Origin: Lama guanicoe
Taxonomy: Eukaryota
Assembly: GCA_013239625.1 (NCBI GenBank)
Contig: MU054098.1
Location: forward strand, 1,085,568 to 1,149,567
Direction of reading: 5' to 3'
Length of the DNA: 64,000 nt
Shown here piece after piece: positions 38,400 through 51,390 of the stretch. A program made the position numbers and the translations under genes. Position 1 is the first letter of the stretch. Every line of letters starts with the position of its first letter. The notes beneath the pieces are model-generated. The model saw nothing but the letters and a program-made list of their open reading frames with translations. It was not told where the DNA came from and made no database searches.

Positions 38400-40385
38400 A
38401 TATAGTTTCAAGGCACTTTGGAACAGAGCATTTTGAACATATGCCTGAAGAATAAAGATAATTAGAGCTATAAACAAATCGTGTATACTCTAGTTGGTTA
38501 ATTTATCTTCCCAGTGGATTGAGTTAGCAATTTTGAAACTATGTATATTGTAAGACTGATCAAATAAGTAAATAGTGGAGAATTAGAATCCAGTTTTTCA
38601 CTATTGGAGAAGAGAGTTTAAAATATGGAAGCAGGAAAGCAAGAATAAACCCTGTATTGTTCACTGGTTTTGAAGGTATCAGTATTAATATATATTAATG
38701 TATACATACATATACAGAAAATATATATACATATACAACCTAGAAAAATACAAGACCTATATATATGCATAATACACATACACTTATATGTATAATACAT
38801 ATAAATGTATATTTTATATAAATATATTTTATATAAATTATATATAATTCAATATTATTTAATATATTATTTATATGATATATTGTATTATGTTATATAA
38901 TATTATAACATGTAATAGAATGTTTATTTTATATATTACATAATACATATTATTTTAAAATTATATATATATATAGTCTTAAGTACTAGTCTTAAGTACT
39001 CAAAATTTAAATCCAATTTGAAAAACAATTAACTGTCCTGTTACAGAACATTAAAAATGTGAAAATGAGAAAAACATTTTCATTTCAATATATATATAAA
39101 ACCTAGAAACAATGACACACTAGTAGCAGTCAATAGCAAATCTAGCACCCAGATTTGGTTTCTAAATACAATTTTCCACTAATAGGAACCAGGTTCCTTG
39201 CAAAGTTTTGGAGCAGGGAAAGCACAAGATAAGCCTAAAAAAACTCTAGAAAATGAGGAAATGCTCAAATGATGATTAAGACATGCTAAAAAGAACCCAG
39301 AAGTCAGCTTGAAGGGGCTACCATTGGCCAAATCCAGAACAATTTAAGAATCACAATAAATGATACAGGAACAGATAATCCAAATAATAAAATAAACCAT
39401 AAATTCATATTTATATACAAATTAATAAAAACAAATAATTAGAGGAGAAGAGAAAATTTATTCTTACAATAGGATCCCAACTAGTTAAAAAAGAATGAAC
39501 ACATCAGAAAAATCACCATTTAGCAATTACCATAACAATAATTGCTTTAGGCAAGGATCACTGGTAGACACCAAAGGTCGTGAAAGATGAGAAATAAGAT
39601 ATTTAATCAGTCTCAAAGTATCTCTTCAGAAGATACTTATTAATTACAAAGGGAAAGCTAGTAACTTTATAGTGAAGAAACCTGGCAGACACTCTTTTAA
39701 GCAAATGATCAAAGTTAACATCACCAGTAATGGGACAAATTGCCAACATGGAACTCATCGTATATAATGAGAAGAACCGATATTAATTCTATGATAGTCC
39801 TGTCAAAAATGTATAAATTGAATCTAATCAAAAGAAAACATTGGGTAACCCTAAACTGAGGGACATGTGACAAAGTAACTGGCCTGTAGTGTCCAAAAAT
39901 GTCAAGAAAGAAAAAGAAAGATTTTTTAAAAGTCTCAGATTAAAGGAGACTAAAATGATGTGAAAATGAAATGCAATGTGTAAAGCTGAGAGAGGATCCT
40001 AGATCAGATTTTTCTTTTTCTTTTCCTATGAAGGATATTAGTATGAAAATTGGTGAATTTGAATAGGATTGAAAATTACATTATATTATTTTATTATTTT
40101 TAAGTTCCTCATTTTGATAAGTTTACTGTGCTTATGTAATGGAATAAACATGTTTTGAGGAAATACACATTGGGATATTTAGAGATAGAGGGAATTTTAT
40201 CTCCAACCTTTTCTCAAATAGTTCTGAAAATATCTGAATATCTGAGAGAGGAGAGACATATAGAGACAGAAAAACATGCTAAGGTAAGATTTTAACATGT
40301 GGGCAACCTCAGTGAAGAGTATATAGACATTACTTATTTTTATAGTATTTCTGTAATTCTGACATTATTTCAAGATAAGCTAAAG
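38400..40385 (+). mobile_element. L1MC3/L1MC4-like 3' UTR containing an expanded AT-rich tract (~38690-38975)
   Basis: 'cctagaaacaatgacacactagtagca...ctagcacccagatttggtttctaaatac', 'aagatacttattaattacaaagggaaa...gaagaaacctggcagacac', 'atcaaagttaacatcaccagtaatgggac'. Confidence 0.85.
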
Positions 40386-41299
40386 AACAGAAAAAAATTA
40401 ACTACCACTTGTTTTTTAAGGTACAACTGCTGATGCGTGAATCAGTTACAGCAGATAAAAATTAATATATTTTTGAATTTATGAAATGCAAATGTCTTTT
40501 TATAGAACATTTGTGGTTATATTATCTAGCAGATGTCACAAATCGAGAATTATAATCCTTTTAGTAGTCTACTTTCAAAAACTGAATCTTAAGAAAAATA
40601 TGTTAAAGTTGAGAGGCCATGGATACTGTAATACTGTAAGAATTCATTGAAAGCACATATATTTCAACAGGTCTTAAACAAAATTTCAGGCATCCTATTT
40701 TTCTTTTTATGTACATTTTTTAAACTTGAGAGTGAATGATATAGCAAACATCTCTTTAGACATCACTAGAAATTATATCATCCAAGAACTGTACAGCTAG
40801 TTTTCTGCTTTAATAAAATATTGAAGTATACTGAAAATACATTTGTCAAATGTAAACCATTACAGAAATGCAATAGAAAAACTAAGTTTATATATCATGC
40901 CACTAGAAACTCAAGAGTAATATGGAATTCCCTTTTAGATATTCTTGATACTAAGAGATATGTAGATTCAAGAATGGAAGTCAATTGTTTACTTTTAAAA
41001 TATTACCTGAAAATGTATTTTTTTCAATACTAATTTGAACCAATGAAACTGGAGGAGATCCTGTACTATTTTAACGCATCATATCTGAGCAAACAATGAG
41101 AAAAGTGAGCAGAACTAACACCACTTTCTTAGGAGGAATTCATCATACGTAAGATACAGTGCTTCAGCTCCACTGCCTCTGCCACCCTACTGCCCCCTCC
41201 CAACACTCCCACCACCACCACCGCCACCACCATACATACAAAGCAAAAGCTTCAAGTCTCCCTAGGGCTACAGAATTTTTTTCTTTAAGAATGTCAGCA

Positions 41300-41627
41300 A
41301 CAAACAAACAAACAAAAACAAAGCATAAATACAGGACAGAAATAGACTCACAGACAGAGAATACAGACTTGTGGTTACCGGGGTGGGGGGCGGGGTAGAG
41401 GGTGGGAAGGGATAGACTGGGATTTCAAAATTGTAGAACAGATAAACAAGATTACACTGTATAGCACAGGGAAATATACACAAAATGTTATGATAAATCA
41501 CAGAGAAGAAAATGTGACAACGAGTGTGTATATGTCCATGAATGACTGAAAAACTGTGCTGAACACTGGCATTTGACACAACATTGTAAAATGATTATAA
41601 ATCAATAAAAATGTTAAAAAAAAAAAA
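41300..41627 (+). mobile_element. Young 5'-truncated L1 3' end (camelid-type) with poly(A) and perfect TSD
   Basis: TSD aagaatgtcagca at 41287-41299 and 41628-41640, AATAAA plus A-tail, TT/AAGA endonuclease-like site. Confidence 0.92.
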
Positions 41628-41769
41628 AAGAATGTCAGCAGCTATTGACTTTCCAGTCTATGCTAGGTTGCCAATTACAGTAAACATGTAGTACTCTCTT
41701 CACCATTGACCATTACAATAATTGCCGGGTAGAATCGCTTGCCATGGGATATTTTGTAATCATGAGGCA

Positions 41770-42213
41770 CAGGATTAGTTTGCTAGGGCTGCTGTAACAG
41801 AGTACCACAAACTGGGTGGTTTAAACAGCAGAAATCTCTTACTACATAGTTCTGGAGAATAGAAGTGTAAGCTCAAGCTGTTGCTAGAGGTGGTTCCTTC
41901 CAAAGGCTGTGAGAGAGAATCTGTTCTATACCTCTCCCTTAGCTTCTGGTGGTTTGCTGGCAAATTTTAGCATTTCTTGGTTTGTAGAAGCATCACCTGT
42001 ATCACATGTCGTTCTTCCTATGTGTGTTTCTGTGTCCAAATTTCCCTTTTGTATGAGGAAACCAGTCATACTGGGTTAGGGCCCGTCCCTAATGACCTCA
42101 TCTTAAGCAATTACATCTGCTACAACCATATTTCCAAATAATATCACATTCTGAGTTACTGGGGGTTACGATTTCAGCATAGGAATGTTAGGGGGACACA
42201 ATCCAACCTATAC
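41770..42213 (-). mobile_element. ERVL-MaLR solo LTR (MLT1C-like)
   Basis: 'attagtttgctagggctgctgtaacagagtaccacaaactgggtgg'...'gggggacacaatccaaccta'. Confidence 0.9.
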
Positions 42214-43194
42214 GTGCATAAATTACTTCTGACTCCAAAGTATCATTTCCGGGATGACTGGTAAAGAAACTCTTTTTCTCATTGCTTATTGTTAATGACT
42301 AGAAATCTGGAAGAACTATAACAAATGCTGATGCTCTCAGTTCAGGTTATTTTATGCCTTCTTCATTGGAGGTTCTAAGATGCTTTCTATGACATAATTC
42401 TTCAAGCTGAACAGATTATATAATTGGCCTGATGTTAAACTGAATGTGGATCTTTGTGGCCACAGAAACATGCATTGAATGGATTGCTTTAATAAGTTAT
42501 TAACAAGTTAGCTACCCACTGAAGGTATATTTTTATAGAGAAATCTGGTCTTGTGCTATCAGTTTCATGTTTTGTTACCTGTTCTACATACTGCATATGT
42601 AGAAAACTTCTCACGAAGGTGCTGACAAGAGATCATGTCTCTTGGCATAGATGTTTATACACTTTCACCATCTTTCCTCATCACTCCTAAGCAAATGGTT
42701 CTAGTGAAAAAAAATTAGCTCAGACAAATAAGAATGCCTCAGAAGAAATTGTTTTAGAAGCAACTGAACACTACAGCAAAAATGCTAGCTGTCCACCAAA
42801 GATTCTTGTTCCCTATTCATATTGTAGACTAATGGATGGACAGTGGCTACAAAGTCAAAGACTAGATTTTTCAGTCTGCCTTGGAATTAGATGGGGGCAT
42901 GTGATTGAGTTACGGCTAATGGAAACAGAGTTAAAGCTATTTTTAATTCCAGTTTCTGTTATTAAATGACCTTTTTCTTCTCTAATATCCTCTGACTCTA
43001 CATTCCCTGTATCACCCTGGAGTTATAAATCATAAACTACTTTGTTTCTTTATCATTATAAGTGGATATTTTGTTTCTTCAATTACATTAAAACTTCATG
43101 AGAGCAGAGCTCCTGTCATAGACTACTCTGCATTCCCAAAATCTAGCAAAGTATCTTTGCATAGTAAAGTACCAAATAAATGTTTAAGAGGAGG

Positions 43195-43440
43195 CAGCCA
43201 CTGGGTAGTGGAAAAAGAATGTAACTGGAAACAAAAGATGTAATTTTGAGGTCAGATTCTGATGTTTATTAGCTTGGTAAACTTGGACCGCTGCTGAACT
43301 TCATTGATTCCCCATTTCCTCTTCTGTGAAATGGTGATTAACATACCTGTTCAACCTATTTCCTGGACTGGTTCTAAAATCCAGTAGGTTAGAATTTATC
43401 TGAAAGCGCCTTGTATAGTCTGAAGTGGTAAAGCTGTATG
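43195..43440 (+). mobile_element. MIR SINE nested in an L2 tail (L2 pieces ~43060-43190 and ~43480-43545)
   Basis: 'ccccatttcctcttctgtgaaatggtgat'; flanks 'aaacttcatgagagcagag' and 'ctcaataaatacttgaaagaataaatgaa'. Confidence 0.6.
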
Positions 43441-43944
43441 CATAATAACTTTTTCACTAAGTAGTATGGTATGGCATGGTAGCCCTACAATGCCTGGCAG
43501 AGAGTCGGTTCTCAATAAATACTTGAAAGAATAAATGAATAATTAATTTACTGATTAGCAAAATTAAAACAAGTAGTTCTTTCCAGTTGAGATTCCCCCA
43601 AAGCTACCTTTCTGAGACAACCATCTGTTATTTCAATTTTTATTCTTCCTTCCCAGAGAACAAATAGCTTACCTGGCTTTTCACTTACCCTCAACTCAAA
43701 CGTTCTAACAGGAGGTATATGAATATTTGGTATATTCTACCAAATATTATTATCTCTCTTCACACAGCCTACTCTTCCAAGCTAATTTTCTTTCTTTCTT
43801 TTTAAAATGTTTGCCAGTCAATATAGGAGTAGCCTTTTCTATCAGAACAATATTTCTAGCTATTATAAATCTCACTTTCAAAGATTCTTACAAATGTATT
43901 GTTACTACAATTTTTGAAAAATCAATAAAAATTTGCTGTTGAAG

Positions 43945-44185
43945 ATCTAGACTCTGGAGTCTGGATTGATGTGTTTCATGTTTCACAACTGCCAATTAGT
44001 AGTTGTGTGAACTTGGTCAAGGAATTGAACCCCTGTGCCCCAGTTTCCTCAATGTTAAACTTGAGGATGATAATAGCATCTATTTATAGAGTTGTCATGA
44101 GATTAAAAATTAAAAATACATATAAAAAACCTTAAAATACTGCCAGACTGATAGTATATGCTCAATAAATGACGATCATTATTAT
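43945..44185 (+). mobile_element. MIR SINE
   Basis: 'agactctggagtc...tagttgtgtgaacttggtcaagg...ctgtgccccagtttcctca...atagagttgtcatgagatta'. Confidence 0.8.
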
Positions 44186-44349
44186 AAAATAAAGTAGAAA
44201 AGCTTTAACCAACCCCTACTTCTGTTACATTCTTAAGAAAGATTTCCTGCTATTCTAGCTGAATCTTTAAACCAAAATACTCCCCTCTCTTCTCTTCCCT
44301 TCTCTCTCTCTTACTTCCACTTTAACATGGTGAAGTACAATTGTGTATT

Positions 44350-44620
44350 AGTTAGAAACAACAGTCTTTGCGAAATTGTCAGACTTGCATTTTAATCCTG
44401 ACTCTACTGTGCTGTCTGACCTTGGCAGTGATATTTAACCTCCTAAAGCCTCACTTTAAGTCATTTCATCCTTAAAATGGGGATAATACCACATTTCATT
44501 GGATTGTGCTGAGGATTAAATGGTATGAGGATTAATGGTATTCTTATTTTTTAAAAAGTACTTTAATTATCTAGTGGCTGGCACACGGTAAATGCTCAAA
44601 AATGATAACCATTGATATTA
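44350..44620 (+). mobile_element. MIR SINE
   Basis: 'aatcctgactctac...gaccttggc...taaaatggggataatacc...ctggcacacggtaaatgctcaa'. Confidence 0.8.
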
Positions 44621-45759
44621 AATATAGCAATTTTAAACCATCTTCTGATAATTTATTCATAGTAGTATCTCAGTGCACATTTATTACACATCACACAGTA
44701 AAGGAAGTGTTTGGTTTGGACAGGAAAACAGATGTAGCCAAATAATTTGATATAACGCCCTCTGCATTATCCATCAATTAAAAATAACTATCATCTGCAT
44801 ATTGGACTAATTTGATAATATTTAAAATGAGCTTGTGGGTATTCCAGTGGGTGTAATTGATGAGAGATTTGAACATACAATAAGCATACTTACCACAATT
44901 AAATTAACATACAAGAATTTGGATATTCCATTTTAAGTTAACTGTAACATGATATGAAGTATCAATTAAAAGAGCAAGTATTTTTTGAACTCAAATATAC
45001 TCCAAATATTAAATTGGTGCTTGGTATCCAGTGGTGATTAAAACACACATACTTACTTTTACACTGGTTTATAAGTTTTTATCAACCATATTTTACTTTT
45101 ATGGATCATGGGAGAAAATGCAAACTTTTAATGTAGTAAAATCATTAATTTTTATAGTAAACCTCTGTAAGTGTTTTTTTAAAAAAAATTCTATAATCTA
45201 TTATGTAATAACGGAGAAACCTTTTCCCACCTTAGGAGAGTATGGCTCACAAATACTGAAAATTGAATTTAATCATTTAAAACCATAATTCAACTGAAAT
45301 ACAATATTGTAAATAACATCTTATTATTAAGAAATAATTCTCAGAGAATGAATGGAAATTAGTATGTTTTAAAAGACATTTTTAAGGCATGCATACCCAG
45401 GAGGTACGCCTTCTAAAAATATTAAAGCTTACAGAACAAAATAGCAATATGGAAATTAGTTCCCATGGCATCTACATTGCCAGCTCCACTCTTTGTCTGG
45501 TTCACTGCCTTCCACAGATTTTTCACTTAACTAAGTTTTAAATACAGGCCTCCTTTATAGTCTGATGGAGGAAAAAGTAGCCATTCTTCAGCTTTTCCAC
45601 CAAACTCCCATCTGTATGTGTTCCAACTAAACTACCATTTATATGATCCAAAATGATTGGCAAAATGGCAGAACTCACCTGATGTCAACATGGTAACACA
45701 ACTACATTCAAATGTTTTTCTACCATCAATTTGAAAAGTTAATTTGAAAATCAACATTT

Positions 45760-46140
45760 TAAAATTACACACTATAATTTTTACTTCCAGAAATTATCAT
45801 ATGTGAGCAAGGAAATATGCACAAGGATGGTGTTCGTGGAATTTTTGTAATAACTAAAGATTGGAAACAAGTTGATGCCTATCAATAGAGGACAGGTGAA
45901 ATAAATTATGGCACATTCACAGAATGGAGTATTTTGCAGCAATTCAGAAAGAAGCCTACTGTACATGTACATGTAGGGAAATGTCTTCAAGATACATATT
46001 AAGTGAAGAGAAGTAACAAGATGGTATTATGATATTCTTGGTATAATCAAAATTATGCTTGTATTGTCATAGGTATTTCAAGGAGGATTTGTAAGAGACT
46101 ACTAACATTAGTTATTTATGGGGAGAAGAAAGGAAGGTAG
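45760..46140 (+). mobile_element. Degraded L1ME-like 3' fragment
   Basis: 'gcacaaggatggtgttc...ttggaaacaa...ataaattatggcacattcacagaatggagtatt'. Confidence 0.65.
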
Positions 46141-46689
46141 AAATATCTATGGTTCTTAAATAAACAGCAGGATACCAGTTAGGCAATTTGTCTGTTCGAC
46201 TGTAGGAATTAGGTATAGGCCCATACATGGTTAATTGACATCCACCTCTCAGTAACGTGATGGGCAATGCGTTCGGCGTGAACACTAACCGCTCAGCAGA
46301 GATATCCACAGGAAAAAAATCAGCAGCACAGGTCAGTACCGCCTGAATACCAATCCTGCTTCTCAGCTGATGTACTGTGTCAGCTGGATTGGTAGTATCC
46401 CTTGCTAGTGAAATTGCTGAAATACTGAACTGATTAGCCAAAGCTCTCTCTTGACATTTAAGGCATTTGCCATTATTCACAAGTCCACTCCCCCAGTCTC
46501 AACCCTGCCACTGATTAACAAATTATAAAGCATAACTCTAAACTTTTCAATGGAGAAAACATCTACTAAGGGATTCCTATCATAAAAGAAACCATGTTTG
46601 CCTCCTTAGTTGTGACAGCAAAAGAGATAGAACATAATTCTGGAAAATCAATAATTTTCTTCAAAGCCAAAGGAAAAAAAATATTGCAT

Positions 46690-46708
46690 TGACCACTAGA
46701 TGGCCCCC
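46690..46708 (+). promoter_or_regulatory. Candidate CTCF binding motif
   Basis: TGACCACTAGATGGCCCCC fits the CTCF core CCASYAGRKGGC; motif match only, no binding evidence. Confidence 0.4.
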
Positions 46709-48949
46709 ATATATTTCCCCCACTATTGTAATAATATGAAAGAAATGAAAGAGACATATTTAATAAAATAATGTATGTTCTTTACTTTTGCCTGAATACT
46801 CACAAATAGAAATTATGACTCTTCATCTTCCACTTATTTAGCATATCTTCATAATGCGGAACTAGTGAAACTCTCCTACATTATATCAGTACCATTTTCA
46901 ATGGTTCCTACGAAAATATTTTAAGAATTAAAAGTCCTAATATGTAACTTCTTCTGAGCAACATCAAAATTCTTCATTAATTTTGTCCCTGATGGTTAGC
47001 AATGGCATTTTTCTTAGTTTGGAGTCGCTGCTATGATTCCCACATACTCCACTTCTCTATCTACTTTAAGTAAATCTTGCCTCTCTTTAAAACTGTATGA
47101 GGTTAAATTTGAACATAAACAAGTCATTGACTTACATATAGGCATAGCTGTCTCTCATTTGCCATGGTGTATACCTTAAAAGCCAATACTTCCTCATGTA
47201 AAAATGACAGTTAACTTAAAATGTCAGCCAATTTGTATTTCATTTAGCTCATAACCCATTTAACAATCAGCCGCTTCTAAAAAGGTGCTTTCATTATTGT
47301 GCATTTATAATGGAATATCTGAGATTCCTAAAAATAGTAAAGAATAAGTGATTGCCTTAATGATTAATCACCTGTAACAGCTGGTTACAGAATACCAATG
47401 TGTATCACATTTCACTAATGATCATTACCTTGATTTTCTCATTTTCTGCTTTCCATAAGGAAAGGACTAATCAGTTCCATGTCCTGTAAAATTTTAAATA
47501 GAAAACAAACTTAACTTCCTCTTTCAAATTATATTTTCCCCAGATGCTATCCAGTTTAAGTACTCAAGTCTGGTTATGTACAGCCTAAAATCAGGGCCCC
47601 CAAAATCACCTGTTTAGAAAATCTTCAATTTTGACTTCACATATTTATGGACAATTCCCTGTCAGATTCTGTTTCCTAAGGGCTTTGGGCACGGTTGAAA
47701 AGACCGAAGGTGCTGCGGGTTGCTATCAGCGCTTCCTTCCCCTTGTTGGTCATGCTTGTGTCTGTTCTTCGTTCAGTATGTATGTATGTATGTATGTATT
47801 TCTCAGCCCTTGCAAATCTGCTTAATACTGAGAAGGTTTTCGAGCATGAGAGTTAAAGACCATCGTATGGCATAAATACAACTTGAGGACAGCCTTCCTA
47901 CCCTAACATTTGGCCTTTGGAAAAGGAGAGGCTGCAAAAGTGAAGGAAGCAGTTCTTTGAATCTGTAAAAGATTTTCTCCCTGCTCTACTACTAAAATGG
48001 CAGGGAGATTTCAAAATCACATCGCAGCAACCAAATCAGCAAGTTTTCAGTGTGCTTCAATCCTGCTCATTCCTCAGGAGTTAAGATCCCAGGAAGACTA
48101 GAATAACCCTGATTTTTTCCCCCTTGTTTGACTTACACATTAAGAAGTCATTAAATGCAATATAACAGGACTATGAAAAAATACTGTCTGTGTATAGGTA
48201 AATGTTGAGCTTTGCTCACCCCCAGCTAGTTGTATTAAAAAAAATGCTCTTTAAGTCTAGTGGGGGCACTGGGACACACCGCCCTCCTGTCAGTCCCCAG
48301 GGTGATTTCCAGGTCTTTTGCATATAATAGTCTATTTTAAAAAATTCTTTTGTCCTTTTAATTTTGCTTCATTTCAGAGTTCTTCATTGAAAGGTTAAGA
48401 ATAATATCTGCAAGTAAGTGTTTCATCAGGAGGAAACTTTGTATAGAGTCATTTGAAGGACTCTTTCTCTTTTCTTTGAATGGCTTATCAGAAACCATTC
48501 AGAAAACACATTCCCTCAGGCAATTTCAATCTATTCAAATTTCCAGAGAACTTTAAAGGTGTTAGTTTCTAAACTGTCTTTTATTGTATATTGTCTTCTC
48601 AGATGGCCTTGGAGGAAAGGGATATTGAAGAGAAGAAAGGGGATGAGTTCATGACCCCTCCCTCAATTTATAAAGACAAGAACTGAGAAATGAACTTTGA
48701 TCTGCATAGGCTGTATGTAGCTGTGAATCTGAATTATGGAACAAGAAACTCACAGGTTAAGGAAGAACTGTAAAATCATTTAGTGCTGATTCCTCTTTAT
48801 AATATCCCTCTCACCTACTTCCCAGGCCTCTCTGCATAATCTTGTTCAGTTCCTGGAAACTAACCACCTTGCAGAAGGAGCTTCCAAAAATTATCAGGAC
48901 CTCAAAGACAAGGCTAGAACTCCTTCATCCATGCCGCATCCTCAATGCC

Positions 48950-49275
48950 ATTTCAGTCTTTTTTCCAGAGATAACAACTATTTTACTTTTCTTCTTGGCT
49001 CTTTACTATGCCTATCATCATACTGAAGTAATCATAAAACATACAATACTAATTTTTTCTTTGCTATTTTACTAAACAATATGCCTTATGAATTTTTCCA
49101 TGTCATACAGACATGTTTCCTTCTTTTTAGCTACTGCATAGTAACCCATAACATGAAACACAATTTATTTAACCATTTTCCTTTTAGGTTTTTCCCATTT
49201 TTCACTATTATAAACAGCATAGCACACATTCTTTCCTATGTCTCCTTTTGCGTACATTTAAGTGTTTCTCTGAGT
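48950..49275 (-). mobile_element. Degraded L1ME-like 3' fragment
   Basis: 'aatttatttaaccattt...tttcccatttttcactattataaacagc'. Confidence 0.6.
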
Positions 49276-49337
49276 AGATTTGGAGAGTCTGTTTTTGGCA
49301 GGGAATGGGGAAGGTAACCAACATTTACTGTAGTACT

Positions 49338-49445
49338 TTCATTCAACAAATCCACTCAAGAAATATTTATTGAGTGCCTGCTAAGTGCAAGACACTGTTG
49401 TAGCTACTAGGGTAATGCAAGGAATAAGACAGACAAGGACTCCCT
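49338..49445 (-). mobile_element. L2 3' end
   Basis: 'aaatatttattgagtgcctgctaagtgcaagacactgttgtag...aataagacagacaagg'. Confidence 0.75.
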
Positions 49446-49879
49446 TAATATTTACTCATTTAATTGGCAAAATGACCTTCAATGTTTGCCCATTTTACAG
49501 GTAATGAAATCAAAACTCAAAATATCAACTTGCAAAGGAAAGAGTTGTGATTTGACCTCAACATCTATCTGAATGAAGACTGCAGGTTCCATACCTTCCC
49601 CTCACATTCCGGAGCACTCTTACTAGGAAAGAGTTCTTTTGTCTGTTGAAATGCAGTTACAGCTCTTATATATATTTCTGCTATTTTCCTAGAGCACTTT
49701 TTTGAAGGTCAAGTCTAATTCCACTTTCACATTACATCCCTTGAAAAAAAGTAATACCAGCTATCATATTTAACTATCATATATACTATGCTCAACAAGT
49801 TCCTTATATATACTAAGTCATTTGATCCTTAAAAAAACCTCTTTGTGGTTTATTTTATTTTACAAAAACACTTATATCA

Positions 49880-50110
49880 CAGTTGATATCCATCGGGCAT
49901 GTTTTCAGTGCTTTATTGACAATAATTCAGTATGTCTGGGTGAGGGTTCTAAAGGCAAGGTGCTATTATTAGTCAAATTTTACACAAGAGGAAAATGAGA
50001 CTTTAAAGAAAGGTTAAGTAATTTGCTCAAAGTCACAAATTTGTATAGCGGCAGAGTTGGGATTTAAACTTAAATGTGTGTCTCTGCAACATACTTTCTT
50101 ACTATACTAT
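49880..50110 (-). mobile_element. MIR SINE
   Basis: 'gaggaaaatgagac...aggttaagtaatttgctcaaagtcaca...gcggcagagttgggatttaaac'. Confidence 0.75.
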
Positions 50111-50394
50111 GCAAAATTTCTTTAAAATATTTGAGGATGAGTGTCATGCACTCCCCTGCCTTTGCCCTCTCCCAGTATTTCTTATCACAAGGATGATGTC
50201 TTCAGCCTGGTCTCACCAACTGACGTTAGAAATCAGCTTCATCATTCTATTTACTTTCCTCCCAGTGCAACGAAATTTGTTTATTTTCTTTGAGAAAATA
50301 GTTCCCAGAACAGATACACTATTCTAGGTGATTGTGCAACCATCCAGAATTCTACATACAATGTTACTATTATAGCCTATGGTCTCATTAAATT

Positions 50395-50670
50395 GTTTTT
50401 CCAGTTTTATTGAGAAATAATTGGCATACATCACTTTATAAGTTTAAGATATACAACATAATGGTTTGATTTACATATACTGTGAAATGATTACCACACA
50501 TCTTTAATTAACATCTATCATCTCATATAGATACAATAAAAAGAAAAGAAAAAAATTTCCTTGTGATGAGAACTCTTAGGATCTACTCTCTTACCAACTT
50601 TCCTATGTATCATGCAGGAGCTCTAACTACAGTCATGATGGTGTACATTACAACCCCAGAACTTATCTTC
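50395..50670 (-). mobile_element. L1MA9-like 3' end
   Basis: 'ttttccagttttattgagaaataattggcatac...gtgatgagaactcttaggatctactctctt...ccccagaacttat'. Confidence 0.85.
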
Positions 50671-51267
50671 TAACTTAAAGTTTGTTCTCATTAAATTTTT
50701 GGTAGCCACGTCTATTTTTTGATTCATATTGAATTTACTGCTGCCACCCCCCATCTTACCTTTCTTATATATCACCATGATAGATTCAGTGCACTGTTTT
50801 AGCTGGCAAGACATTTGAGGATCCTGACTCTGCTATTCAACATACAGGCTCTTACACCCAATTACGTATTATCTGCATATTCTGTGAGCATGTTCTCACT
50901 ACATCTTTATCCAAATAAGTCTCTGATAAAAATACTTAAATGTAAGTATCAAGAACAGAACCTTGCAGCTCACAACTAGAGACTTCAGATTGGCATTGAT
51001 TAAAAAAAACAAAGCAGCTTTAGATACGTTGTTGACTTGGTAATGAATCTATTTAAATGTCTTTGTATTCAGCTCATATTTGTCTACAGGAAAATAATTA
51101 TTAAGTATGCCAAATGCTTTTTCACCTATATTATGTCTTCTGAAATTTCCCTATCTATAAACCAATAAATTCATTAAAAATTGACATTTTGTTTTTATAG
51201 AGGAGCTGATTAGAAGTTACTTGGATTATCTTCTGTAAAACTTATATGTTCTCCATTGCTTAGTAGC

Positions 51268-51390
51268 CATTCATTCACTTATTCCAGAAATATTTATTGA
51301 GTTCCTACGGTGTGCCAGACACTATTCTAGGTTCTGAGGCTATCATAATGAAAAGTAAAAATTCTTAACATCATAGATGTCATATTCTGT
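51268..51390 (-). mobile_element. L2 3' end
   Basis: 'cattcattcacttattccagaaatatttattgagttcctacggtgtgccagacactattctagg'. Confidence 0.8.

Noticed and set aside
41159..41398. His-rich ORF
   Set aside because: A (CAC)n simple repeat followed by L1 3' UTR
44500..44540. Short tandem duplications (also ~16903-16926 and ~51548-51574)
   Set aside because: Ordinary slippage duplications of 12-16 bp with no further structure
46112..46480. 122-aa minus-strand ORF as a gene
   Set aside because: Non-ATG start, no recognisable homology, and it ends in an L1 fragment
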